Source: Felis catus
Taxonomy: Eukaryota
Length of the DNA: 64,000 nucleotides
Direction of reading: 5' to 3'
NCBI RefSeq assembly: GCF_018350175.1
Contig: NC_058383.1
Location: 21,764,001 to 21,828,000, forward strand
A program made the translations under genes and the position numbers. Position 1 is the first letter of the stretch; every line of letters begins with the position of its first letter. The notes under the pieces are model-generated. The model made no database searches and was not told the DNA's origin. It saw only the letters and a list, made by a program, of their open reading frames with translations. Shown piece after piece: positions 39,866-51,749 of this stretch.

Positions 39866-41745
39866 AGCTTCCTAAAGCTAATGAACCCAGCCAGTGTCTG
39901 TTGCAAAGGACATGGTCATTTCTTGGGATAGTTTCCAGCTCTGGAAAATGAGCACACTCAAGGGTCCCCAGAATCTAACTCTTCCATGTACACTTCTTTT
40001 ATGAAGTCTCATCATGGCTATGACCTGATTCCCACAAGCTTCAATTTGTTTATATTTGATACTTCCCTGTAGGTGAAGAAAGCTTCCCCCTCCCACCCGA
40101 CCCCTTTGGCAACTAATGGTATACGAGCTGCTCCTTTGTGGGATAGTAAGAAGAAAAGTTTTGTGGGCATGCTGGCCATCACTGATTTCACCAGTATCTT
40201 GCACCACTAGGGGGCGCCTAGGGAGCTCAGTTACTTGAGCCTCTGACTTCAGCTCATGGCATGATTTCGCGGTTCGTGAGTTCAAGCCCCGCATCGGGTT
40301 CCTTGCTGTCAGCACGGAGCCCACTTCTGATCCTCCGTTCCCCCCTCTCTCTACTCCTCCTCCACTCATACTCTTTCTTTCAAAATAAACACTAAACAAT
40401 TTTTTTTAAATATCTTACACCACTATTAACAATCAGTATTGGTATAGATCTATGAGCTGAAAGAGCACAAAATAGAAACTTGGAGGGAGGTGTAGGTACG
40501 GGACTCCTCGAATCCCTTGTCCGCATTGCTTCTAATGCCAGCTTATTTGATGATGTCTCTTCATTAATTCAAAATAAGATCCGCAGGCTGCCAGTTATTG
40601 ACTCAGAATCAGGCAACACCTTGTACATATTCACCTATAAGCACGTTCTCAAATGTCTCAAATTGTTTGCTGATGAATTCCCCAAGCCAGAGTTCGTGTC
40701 TAACTCTCTGGAAAGAACTTCAAGTTAGCACTTAGGCCAATGCTGCTATGGCCCACACCACCACCCCTGTCTACATGCCTCTGGGCATTTTGTACAATGC
40801 GGATTCTCAGCCCTGCCACTGGTGGATGAGAAAGAGTGTGTGGTGAACTTCTACCCCAAGTTTTATGTTATCAGTGTAGCAGCAGAACAAACTTAGAGTA
40901 ACCTGGATGTGTCAGTGACCAAAGCCCTACAATGTTGATCACGTTACTTCAGATGTGTCTCCAAGTGCTACCTGCATGAGACTCCGGAGACCATCATCAA
41001 CAGGCTGGTGGATGCAGAGATTCACCTCTTTGTAGTGGTGGATGGGAACGATGCAGTCAAGGAAACCGTATCACTGTCTGACATCCCTCAGGTCTCGGTG
41101 CTCACTGGCAGGGACAGAAAATCCTGAGCTGGTCGGGCAGCACCAGGGAATAAGTCATACTCACTGCCCATCCCAGCAATCACAGATGAAACCTTGAGAG
41201 AACTGTGATTATTCCCTGCTCAGGAGACCCCTCCTCTTCTACCTGGAAGTTGGGGGAGGTACGGGAAGAGGAAGGACAATGGGTTTTAAAGTGTCTCTAT
41301 TCTCACAATACTCTTGAAAAGAACTTTCAGCCTAGCCCAGCCTAGTCCCTGTCCTCTTAGACACAGTCCCTTTTCTGAGCAAACTCAGGTTCTGTGCCCC
41401 TGAGAAAAACTCTGATCTCTAAAAGATGCCCAAACTTCACCCCAGCCCTCAACTCTGCCTCTGGCTCCACCCTAAGATAACAGCATAACAAAACTCTTCA
41501 TAAAGATATTTTTTACTTATCCTGTTTCACGCTGTATGGAAGAGGCTGAATCCACTTAGTGACATATCTGTCCCTAATAGGAATAAGGAGGATGAAGGGG
41601 ACGGGGGGTCTTTGGGTTCCTGTGCTATAGATACATGAAGGGAAATGGGAGTTAGGTAGAAGACGAGGACAAAGTGGTTAGCTGAGGTATTGTTTTTCAT
41701 AGCAACCCTGATTGAAATGACAGAAACCTAAACAGCAACAAAAAA
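39866..41745 (+). pseudogene. PRKAG1: Processed pseudogene of AMPK gamma-1 subunit (5' UTR remnant, whole CDS equivalent about 39906-41127, 3' UTR, decayed poly(A))
   Basis: Translated pieces are colinear with PRKAG1 from start to end with no introns: [136 protein letters not shown]; stop TGA at 41125-41127. It is disabled by ATG>AAG at about 39906, in-frame stops, frameshifts and a SINE at 40210-40410. Confidence 0.95.
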
Positions 41746-43414
41746 GAAAAATCACAAGTAAAAAACATAACTTTACCCCTAAGGAACTAGAAAAAGAAGA
41801 ACACACTAAGCCCAAGGTTAGCAGAAAGAAGGAAATAACAAAGATTGGAGCAGAAATAAATGAAACAGAGACCAGAAAAACAATAGGAAAGATCAACCAA
41901 GTTAACAGCTAGTTTTTTGGAAAGATCAACAAAACTGACAAACTTTCATTCAGACAAAAAGAGAGGACCCAAATAACTAAAATCAGAACTGAAAGAGGAG
42001 AGGGGCACCTGGCTGGCTCAGTCAGTTGAGCGTCCAACTCTTGATTTTGGTTCAGGTCATGATCCCAGGGTCATGGGATCAAGCCCCATATTGGGCCCCA
42101 TGCAGGGCATGCAGCCAGCTTAAGATTCTCCTTCTCTCTCTCTGTCTCTGTCTGTCTCTCTCTCCCTCTGCCCCTCTCCCCAACTTGTGCTCGCACTCTC
42201 TCTCTAAAAAATAAAAAGGAAAAAAAAATAAATGAAAGAGGAGACATTACAGCTGACACCACAGTAATACAGATGATCATAAGAGACTGCTATGAACAAT
42301 TATACACCAGCAAATTGGATAATCTAGAAAAAAAGGATAAATTCCTAGAAACATACAACCAGTCAAGACTGAATCATGAAGAAAGAGAAAATAGGAACAG
42401 ACTAAAAACAAGTAAGGAGATTGAACTGATAATTTAAAATCTCCCAACAGAGAAAAAAAGCCCAGGACCAGATGGCTTCCCTGGTGAATTCTAACAAATA
42501 TTTAAAGAGTAATTAACATCAATCCTTTTCAAACTCTTCCCAAAAATTGAAGAGGAGGGAATACTCTCAAACTCTTTTTGTGAGTCCAGCATTACTCTGA
42601 TATGAAAGACAGATAAGGATACCACAAGAAAAGGAAACTACAGGCTAATATTCCTAATGAATATAGACACAAATACTCTCACGAAAATACTAGCAACATG
42701 AATTTAACAGCATATTAAAATGGTCATACAACATGATCAACATACTCATGAGGCTTATCCCTGGGTTGCAAACCAATAAATATGATATACCACTTCAATA
42801 AAATGGAAGATAAAAATCATACAATCACTTCAATAGAGGGAGAAAAAATATTTGACAAAACTCAACATCCTTTCCTGATAAAAACTCTCAACCAACTGGG
42901 TGTAGAAGGAACATACCTCAACATAATAAAGGCCTTATATGACTGACAAACCCACACCACATTCAACAATGAAAGGCTGATTTCTCACTAAGACTAGGAA
43001 CAAAAGAAAGATGCCCATGCTCACCACTCCTATTCAACATAGTACTGGGAGTCCTGGCCAGAGCAGTTAGGCAAGAAAAAGAAATAAAAGGCATCCAAAC
43101 CATGGGGCGCCTGGGGGGCTTCGTCGGTTGAGCGTCCGACTTCGGCTCAGGTCATGATCTCGCGTGGGACCTCGACGTGGGACCCTGAGTTCGAGCCCCG
43201 TGTCAGGCTCTGGGGCAGAGCCTGGAGTCTGCTTCTGATTCTGTGTCTCCCTCTCTCTCTGCCCCTCCCCCGTTCATGCTCTGTCTCTCTCTGTCTCAAA
43301 AATAAATAAACATAAAAAAAATTTTTTTAAAGGCATCCAAACCAAACCAGAGAGAAAGAAGTAAAACTGTCTTTGCAGATGTTATGATCTTATACACAGA
43401 AAATCCTAAAGACT

Positions 43415-43415
<1 letters not shown>

Positions 43416-43448
<33 letters not shown>
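43416..43448. repeat. (CA)n microsatellite inside L1 ORF2
   Basis: CA run after cctaaagactcc. Confidence 0.95.
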
Positions 43449-43453
<5 letters not shown>

Positions 43454-45127
43454 TAGAACTGAATGAATTCTGCGAGGTGGTAGAATACAAAACCAACTTC
43501 CAAAAATCGGTTGCATTTCTGTATGGTAAAACAAACACGGGAAAAAAAATCCCGTGTTAAATGGCATCAAAAATAATAAAATACTTAGGAATAAATTTTA
43601 GCAAGGAGATGAAACATCTATTCAATGCAAATTGCAAGACACTGATGAAAAAAACTGAAGAGTACACAAAGAAATGAAATACCTCCCATGTACAAAGATT
43701 GAATGAATTAATGTGATCAAATGTCCATACTACCCATCTGTAGATTCAATGCAATCCCTATCAAAATTTCAGTGGTGTTTTCCACAGAAATAGAAAAAAC
43801 AATTCTAAAATATACACAGAACCACAAAAGACCCTGGATAGCCAAAGCAATCCTGAGAAAGAAGAACAAAGCTGGAATCATCAAAATGGTTTGGTACTGG
43901 CATAAAAACACACATAAACCAGTGCAACAGCATGGAGAGCCCAGGAGTAAATCCACACACATACAGGCAACTAATGCATGAGAAGGGAACCAAGAAAGGA
44001 TAGTCTCTTCATTAAATGGTGCTCAGAAAACTGGATATTTACATGCAGAAGAATGAAATTGGACCCTGTGTTGCACCACTCACAAAAGTTTTAGGAGAAT
44101 GGATTAAAGACTTAAATGGAGGGCCCCAAACTGTAAAATGTACTAAAGGGAAATACAGGGGAAATATTCCTTGACATTAGTCTTAGCAACAATTTTCAGG
44201 ATATTACAACAAAGTACAAGTAACAAAAGCAAAAATCAACCAGTGGAACTGCATCAAACTAAAAAGCCTCTGCATAGAAAAAGCAACACTTAGCAAAATG
44301 AAAAGACAACCTATAGAATGGGAGAAAATATTTGCAAATCATCTATCTGTTAGGAGTTAATATCCCAAATATATGAGGAATTCACACAACTTAATAGAAA
44401 AAAAACCTGAGGGCACCTGGGTGGCTTAGTGGGTCAAGCGGCCAACTCTTTTTTTTTTTTTAATGTTTATTTATTTTTGAGAGACAGAGAGAGACAAAGC
44501 ATGAGTGGGAGAGGGACAGTGGGAGACACAGATTCCAAAGCAGGCTCCAGGCTCCAAGCTGTCGGCACAGGGCCCGACGTGGGACTCGAACCTACAAACT
44601 GTGAGATCACAACCTGAGCCGAAGTCAGACGCTTAACTGACTGAGCCACCTGGGCGCCCCTAAAATAAACATTTTTTTAAAACAAAAAAATCTGATTAAG
44701 GAATTTGAATAGACATTTTCCCAAAGATGACATAACAGGTACATGAAAAGATGCTTAACATCATTAATCATCAAGGGAATGTAAACCAATACCACAATGA
44801 GATATCACAGTATACCTGTTATATGGCTATTATCAATAAGGCAAGGAACAAGTGTTGGAGAGGGTAGGAAAAAGGGAACCCTTGTGCACTGCTGGTGGGA
44901 ATGTAAATGGCTGCAGCCACTATGGAAAACAGTATGGGGATTCCTCAAAAAATTAAAAATGCAACTACCAGATGACCCAATAATTCTATTTCTGGGTATA
45001 TGTTTGCTGGAAATATAATCAATATTGGAGAGATATTGCTCTCTCATGTTCACTGCAGCATTATGCACAGGAGCTAAGACATGGAAACAACGTAGGTGTT
45101 CACTGATGGATAGTTGAATAAACTGTG

Positions 45128-45129
<2 letters not shown>

Positions 45130-45174
<45 letters not shown>
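45130..45174. repeat. (CA)n microsatellite
   Basis: Perfect CA run. Confidence 0.95.
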
Positions 45175-45176
<2 letters not shown>

Positions 45177-45899
45177 GATATTACGAAACTATAAAAAAGA
45201 AGGAAATCCTGTGTTTTGTGACAATATGGATGGACCCTGAGGGCATTATGTTAAGTGAAATAAGTCAGACAGAGAAAGATAATAATGGTATATTCTCATT
45301 TACATGTGGAACCAAAAAAAATCTGAATTACTCAAAACAGAGAGTAAAATGGTGGTTGCCAGCGGCTGGGCGGGGGGCGGGGAAAATGAGGGAGATGATG
45401 GTCAAAGAGTACAAACTTCAAGCTATATGTTCTGGGAATCTAATTAATGTACAGCATGATGACTATAATTAACAATACTATAGGGGCACCTGGGTGGTTC
45501 CGTGGGTTAAGCCTCTGACTCTTGATTTCAGCTCAAGTCATGATCTCATGGTTCGTGAGATCAAGCCCCATGTTGGGCTCTGTGCCATCAGCTCTGATTT
45601 TCTCTCTCTCCCCCCTTCCCTGCTCATGTGCATGCGCGTGCCCTCTCTCAAAATAAGTAAATAAACTTAAAAAAATATTATATTATTGAAAATTGTTAAG
45701 AGAGTAGATCTTAAATGTTATCACCACAAACACAAAAAAAAATTATGAGAGAAAATGGAGATGTTAACTAACTTTATTGTGGTAATCATGTCACAATATA
45801 TATGTGTATCAAATCATTACATTTTACACCTTATACTTACACAGGTTATATGTTAATAATATGTTGATAAAGCTGGAAAAAAAGAAATTATAATTCTCT

Positions 45900-47880
45900 A
45901 CGGTAAAAGAATAAAGTAGAAAAATAATTTTATTGTCTCAAAAGACACAGGAAAAAATATTTGATAAAGTTCAAAACCCATTAATGGATGAACAAAACGG
46001 AGCAAAGGAGAAATAGGAATTTTCTTAATCTGATTTAAAAAACCCCACAAAACTCTAAAAAAGCCCTTCAGCAAACATGTTACCTAACTGTGTAATATTG
46101 AATGCTTTCCCTTTGAGATCAAAATGAGACAAGGAGAATTGCTTTCACCGTTTCTAGTATATTGTATTAGAGGATTTAGCTGGTACAATGAGGCAACAAA
46201 AAGAAATTAGAAGGTGTAAGGATTGCAAAGTAACAAAATCAGCTTGCAGAAAACAGTTTGGACGTTTTAAGTTGAACTGAGGCATACTATATGATCCAGC
46301 ATTTTCAATTCTAGGTATATGCCTAGGGAAATTCTTGTACAAGTACACAGGACATGTGTGACAATGTTCACAACAGTGTTATTCATAATAGCCCCAACTG
46401 GGTGTGTGTGTCGGGGTGGGGAGGAACCATAAAGAATAGAATGCATAGGGCATCTGGGTGACTCAGTTGGTTAAGCATCAGACTTTGGCTTAGGTCACGA
46501 GATGTCACAGTTTGTGAGTTCGAGCCCCACATCAGGCTCTGCGCTGACAGCACAGATCTTCAGGTCTTCTGTCTCCCTTTCTCTCTGTCCCTTCCCCGCT
46601 TATGCGTATATGTGCCTCTCTCTCTCTCTCTCTCTCAAAAATAAAATAGACATTAAAAAAAAGAGAGAGTAGAATGGATAAATAATTTGTAAAACATTCA
46701 CATGGTTGATTACTATATGCCAGTGAAACTGAATGAACTGAAGCTACAAACATAAACAGAAATGAATCTCAAAAATATCAGGCAAAATACATATGCCACA
46801 GAAAAATGTCTTCAGTGTGATTACATTTACATACAACTCACAAAGTTGAAGAAACTTAGTAATATATTGCTTAGGGATACACACATACATGAAAAAAAAA
46901 CAGAAAAATTATTACAGAAGTCAAGATAAAGGTTACCTCTAGGGAAGATGAAGAGGGATGTTTTTGGAAGATTTCTACGGTGGGAGGTGGTTTTCACAAG
47001 GGTATTATTCTTTAAGCTCTACATCTGTATTTCATACATGCTTTATGTGTGATATATTTCACCACAAAGGTCTTTTTCTAAAGCAATTCCCTTTAGATCT
47101 AATTACCAGTTTACAGAGAATATAGAGCATAGCAGAACACATTAAATGATACCATGAGTAAACAATCAGCAAAGTCTAGACTTTGGAAAAATCTAGAGGG
47201 CAAATCATCTTGTTTCTTCAGTACAAAATTCCAAGGGGAAAAAAAAGAAATGAAGAAGGAACCTGTAACTTACAGAAGACTTAACAGACATATTCATCAA
47301 CTTCCATGTGTGGATATTTGGATACTCATGGAAGAAAATACTGCAAATTAAATAACATGGCAATTGCAAATGTGTGAGCATTAACTGGTCAGACGATAAT
47401 AAGGATTTATTTGCAATCTTATTGGGATGTGGTGATGGAACAGTGGTTGTGTTTAAAAAGGGATTCCTTGAAGTGCCTGGGTGATTCAGTTGGTTAAGCG
47501 TCTGACTCTTGGTTTCGGCTCAGGTCATAATCTCACGGTTGGTGAGTTTGAGCCCCATGTAGAGCTCTCTCTCTCTGCTTCTTCCCCTCCCTCTTCCCCT
47601 TTCCCACTCACTGTCTCTGTCAAAATAAACAAATAAAAAATTACAAATAAATAAAAAGGAAGTCCTTGTCTTTTACAGGTCGATAATGAAATATTTATAG
47701 ATGAAATTATATCAGTCTTAAGATTCAATTCAAAACAATCCTGGGTGGGAGGGATGGTATAAAGAAAACAAGATTGGCCATGAGTTGAAAATTATTGAAG
47801 CTAATGATGGTATACTGGATTTCACTAAGTTTTAACTATGTTTGAAATTCTGCATACTAAAATTAAAATAAAATAAGATA
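45900..47880 (+). mobile_element. Ancient L1 fragments (RT relic and L1MC/L1ME-like 3' ends)
   Basis: tgaatgctttccctttgagatcaaaatgagacaagg, tatgatccagcattttcaattctaggtatatgcc, and a 3' UTR-like 47085-47880. Confidence 0.55.
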
Positions 47881-48017
47881 AAAACTGGAGCAAAAAAAAA
47901 AAAAGAAAAGAAATTTGCTCAGTCAAGATCTGCTTTGAAAGGGACATTTTGGGGTTCATTACTTTCTCATCGTGCCCAGAATAGCACCATGCTTCTTTCA
48001 TAGGACAATTTAGATCT

Positions 48018-48147
48018 GTACTTCTCAGTCTTTAATGTACATCTGAATCAGAAGGATCTCGTTAAAATGCAGATTTGGATCCAGAAGATCTGAAGTGGGG
48101 CCTGATATCTGCATTTCTGACAAGCTCACAGGTGATGCTGACGCAGG
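48018..48147. mobile_element. MER5A-like hAT-Charlie MITE
   Basis: gttaaaatgcagatt...gtggggcctgatatctgcatttctgacaagctcacaggtgatgctga. Confidence 0.7.
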
Positions 48148-48159
48148 GTTCCCTAAAGG

Positions 48160-49440
48160 ATGCAGTTATTCCCTCTTCATAACCTCTCTTCCATTGGCCT
48201 TCTACCACTTCCTCATTCTCCACCATCCCTTCCTGGGCCCGTTCCCATCCTGGCCCAGCTTAGATTCTGTGGCTCACCTGGACCATCACTCCCTTGTAAA
48301 CCCCTTCAACATCTTCCTGTGGGATTTGTCCAGCAAAACTTCAACGTGATGACACTACCGTCTCCAGGTGCTTGAACCCAAGCATTTAAACGACGGTGGA
48401 GAAAACGACCCAATACATACTCTTCATAGGCACTCTGTTTTATGTAGCAACCCTGCTCCCTCCTTTACAGTGCTTATTTCTCCCTCTCCAAGAGGACCAG
48501 TTTAGATGTCCTCTCTTTCCTCTTTCCATCTCCTTTACTCTCTGCTAATGACCTTGCCTTTGTTGTGAAAACAAAAGTTGACACACAGCAAGCTCTTCAT
48601 CTTCCCAGTACCAAATTTAGGAGTCTTAGTGTGCCTGTTCCATCTTTTCTCCTCATCCCCGCCTATAAAAAAATTAAAATCTGTCATCACCTATCTGTTC
48701 ACACACACTTTTCCATCCCATCCCCTCTTGCTCATTCAACTGCACCATATTGAGAGTTTACATCATCTAGAGGCTGCTATTGTTTTTAAAAAAGCAAATA
48801 TAAAATCAAGACAGTTCTTCTAACCCTGCCCCATATCTAAATACTGCCTGATTTCCATTATGCCTTTCATAGTTTACTTACCTCCCTTCACTCCTTTACC
48901 CACGCCAACAGGGTTTCTATCCTCACTGCTCCACCAAAACTGCTCTAGTCTAAGTCTTCAGCTAGCTCCAAGGTTCCAAGTCAGACAGACACTTTTCTGT
49001 CCTCAATTTACCCGGTGTCTCAGCAACATTTGACCCAGTTCATAAAATTTTTTATCTTTTTCTGTCCTTCTCATCCCCATCCCCACCCCCCACCCCTCGC
49101 AAATACCCTCATCCTCTCCTAGTCTTTCCACTTTGGGAATACGTTCACCCACCTGGGAAGCTTTAATATGTCCTTTTTCTTTAACGCCTTTCAAATCCAT
49201 CAGCAAGCCTTGCTTTTCCTACCACGTAAGCATTTTTTTCTAATCTGTCCACTCCGATTCCATTTTCATTGCAATTACATTAAACTAAATTGTCTCCTAG
49301 TTCCCAAACAGGCCACCCACTTCCTTGCCTCAGGGCCTTTGTACATGCTATTGCCTTGCCTGGAACACTTGAACACATTCTGAGTTCCATATGGCCCAAA
49401 TTTCATTCTAGGGTAACAATCTCAAAGTCTTCCTAGACTC
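48160..49440 (+). mobile_element. L2 fragments
   Basis: ctccaccaaaactgctctagtc, ctcagcaacatttgac and ttgcctcagggcctttgtacatgct. Confidence 0.55.
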
Positions 49441-49690
49441 TAAGCCGTTCCCAGATAACCCTGTGAGAAAAGGAGACATTTCTATATCACAGTCTAGATA
49501 CACTCTTGATCCATGTCCAAAACAGATGCTCAGACTCCTACTTGTTCCAATCAGAAAACAAAGGTTGATATATGACCAAGTTTAAGTTCATTTCCAATCA
49601 TAGTAAAATTGACCCCAAATTTCCTCCTGGTTTTCAGTTCCTTCCCACAGTAGAGGAAGACAGTACCAGATTATCGTTTTCAATTCATGT

Positions 49691-50172
49691 TGTAGACTGG
49701 AAACAAATGGAACCCCATTTTTTGTAGCTCCTCTGGTTCAGAGACATATTTCTCCATCCCTTGAATCTGGGCTTGCCCATGCAACTTGTCTAGGCCAATG
49801 GAACGCTAGCAAATGGGAAACAAGTGGATGTTTGAAATGTGCATGTGCATTGGGCACCCCCACCCCAACCTCGTTGCTTTTGGAACCCAGCTGTCATATG
49901 AAGAAGACTGGGCTAGCTCACTAGATGAGGAGACACATGACCCGATCAAGTTCAACTGCCCCTGCCTATCAGCAGACAAATGAATGAGATCATCTAGGAC
50001 CAGCTACCTGCAGCCAGCCTGCCAGCTGACTAGCTGCATGAGTGAACCCAAGCAAGAACTACCATCCAGATGATCCCACCCACGACTGCCAACCCGTGGC
50101 ATAACAACCCATGGCTGTTTTAAGCCACTATGTCTCAGCGTGGTTTATAATGCAGCAAAAACTAACTGATAC
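49691..50172 (+). mobile_element. MaLR solo LTR (MLT1-type)
   Basis: TG...CA ends, cccttgaatctgggct, and a 3' end ttaagccactatgtctcagcgtggtttataatgcagcaaaaactaactgataca. Confidence 0.75.
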
Positions 50173-50179
50173 ACCTCTT

Positions 50180-50760
50180 GAAGAAGTCTTTTCATACTGC
50201 AGATCCAATTATGCTACCTCCCTACTTAAAATGCTTTAATAGGTTTTCATTGATCCTGGAATACAACCCAAGTCACTTTGGCAAGGCCTACAAGATATCC
50301 ACGTTGCCTGAATGGCCTCATCTCCTGTCATCATCCCAATCACACTGTGCTCAGCCCGCTGGCTTCTTGCTGGTCTTTGGGTGGTCCCAGCTCTTTCCCA
50401 CCTCAAGGCCCTCACACATACTATTATTCCTTCTGGAATGCTTTTCCTGGATCTTCACCTGCTTGACTTCCTGGCTCCTCTCTCAGGTTCCAACTTAAGT
50501 ATTGCGTTGGTGACTCCTTTGACCAAGTCTTCCTCTTTGTCCCCCCAACTGAAGCATGTCTCCAGTTACGTATTCTCATGGCACCCCCTTATTCTTCTAG
50601 GCAAATACATTGATTTGAAATAATATGTTGTCTTATATGGTATGTTTAATAGCTGCCTTATCCAATGGACTGTAAACCCCATGAGAACAGGGTGTCTCTG
50701 TCTTGCTCACAGAGGTGTCCCCAAACCTTGCATACTACCTGTCACAAAGTAACATGGATG
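50180..50760 (+). mobile_element. L2 3' fragment
   Basis: cctcaaggccctcacacatactattattccttctggaatgc; gactgtaaaccccatgagaacaggg. Confidence 0.6.
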
Positions 50761-50789
50761 GATTTTTTTTCTAGGCAGTTTATCGCAGT

Positions 50790-50975
50790 AGGTAACTGTG
50801 CAGGCTCTGGAGAGATTCTTCCTGGGCCCTGAATCCTAGCTCTACCCACTTTCTAGTTGAGTGACCTAACTGACTGCTCTGTGTCTCAGTTTGCCTATCT
50901 CTAAATTGGAGACAGAAATTGTACCTGTTCATTGAGTTGTTGGGTGGATTGTGCTCAATAACTGTTATTTCTTGC
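50790..50975 (+). mobile_element. MIR
   Basis: gaatcctagctctacccacttt...ctctgtgtctcagtttgcctatctctaaattgg. Confidence 0.65.
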
Positions 50976-51388
50976 TGAACAGGTGTCAGCACACCTGGAT
51001 AACAGTGAACCAGAAGCTAGATCTGACACAGCCAACACCTGCTTCCTATAGTAGTGTGGACACTGCCAAGATTAAATCTACATGTGTCTCCTGCATGGCT
51101 AGTTTTTCAACCAATGCTCTGCCTCATTATACAAAGGTACAGCCTCAAACTCTGAGCCAGCCCTCTGAAAAGCATACAGTCCTAAGCCTTGAGCACTGGA
51201 TCCTGGCCCCTGCTTTAAAACGTCACTTCTCCCACAGAGTCAGACATTTGGGGTCAGAAAGCAATGTCTCCTGACTGCTGTAACTGCCCCTCCTATCACT
51301 TGATGATCTAGCTAAGCAGGGATCCGGTTAGCCAATGAACATCCACCCGAGGAACAGTTCTGATGGCCCCAAGAAATAGATCAGTCAC

Positions 51389-51394
<6 letters not shown>

Positions 51395-51440
<46 letters not shown>
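51395..51440. repeat. (CA)n microsatellite
   Basis: Perfect CA run about 300 bp upstream of the CpG-rich block. Confidence 0.95.
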
Positions 51441-51442
<2 letters not shown>

Positions 51443-51749
51443 CAGGAAGTGGGCCATGTACATTGTGTTAGTGAGAAAAACATTTTGGAAGGGATAATTA
51501 GTGCATTTCCAATCACCAAGTCCTCAGAGTCTTGTCTTTCAGGTTCTGGACAGAAAGAATAGAAGATCTAGGTGTCCAGAAAAATAGTAATTTTAAAAGG
51601 TGAGGGGAACAGACCCCTAAGAAAAGCAGGAGAGAGAGACAAGAAGTGGGGGGCGAATAAGAGGAGAAAATAGGAGTTGGAGAGGGAGGGGGCAGGTGAG
51701 AGAGAGACTCAGAGGAGCAAGGCTGAGGAAGGCAAGAGATGGGAAAGAG

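Larger units (their letters stand above)
36140..45885 (+). mobile_element. Near full-length older LINE-1 (L1MA9/early carnivore-like): 5' region, ORF1 relic about 36461-37770, ORF2 relic about 38238-45120, 3' UTR
   Basis: ORF track fragments MEIYELSDKEIRITLL, EICELEGRSFEIIQSEEQKE and KIFPNKQKLRVFIITKPALKEMLKG (ORF1), and IITSNVNKLNSPIKRHRMTEWIKK, FADVM near 43374, [13 protein letters not shown] and [10 protein letters not shown] (ORF2). The 3' end reads ...gataaagctggaaaaaaa. It is interrupted by the PRKAG1 retrocopy and about 11 SINEs. Confidence 0.9.
36708..47657. mobile_element. Can-SINEs in and near the large L1: 36708-36910, 37188-37305, 38494-38685, 38697-38965, 39602-39850, 40210-40410, 42002-42232, 43104-43330, 44411-44447 (head), 45483-45675, 46448-46662, 47472-47657 (all +) and 44449-44660(-)
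   Basis: Consensus matches. TSDs tatctt(g/a)caccacta, tgaaagaggaga, aaaggcatccaaacca and aaagaaataatg. Confidence 0.9.

Noticed and set aside
40480..40728. 82-aa ORF with a CBS-domain-like PRKAG1 peptide, considered as a functional CDS
   Set aside because: It is a frameshift-bounded fragment of the disabled retrocopy, with no true ATG start and stops on both sides.
854..47728. Dozens of similar short ORFs (VKRPTSAQVMIS..., GSGHDL...)
   Set aside because: They are translations of Can-SINE copies, not a gene family.
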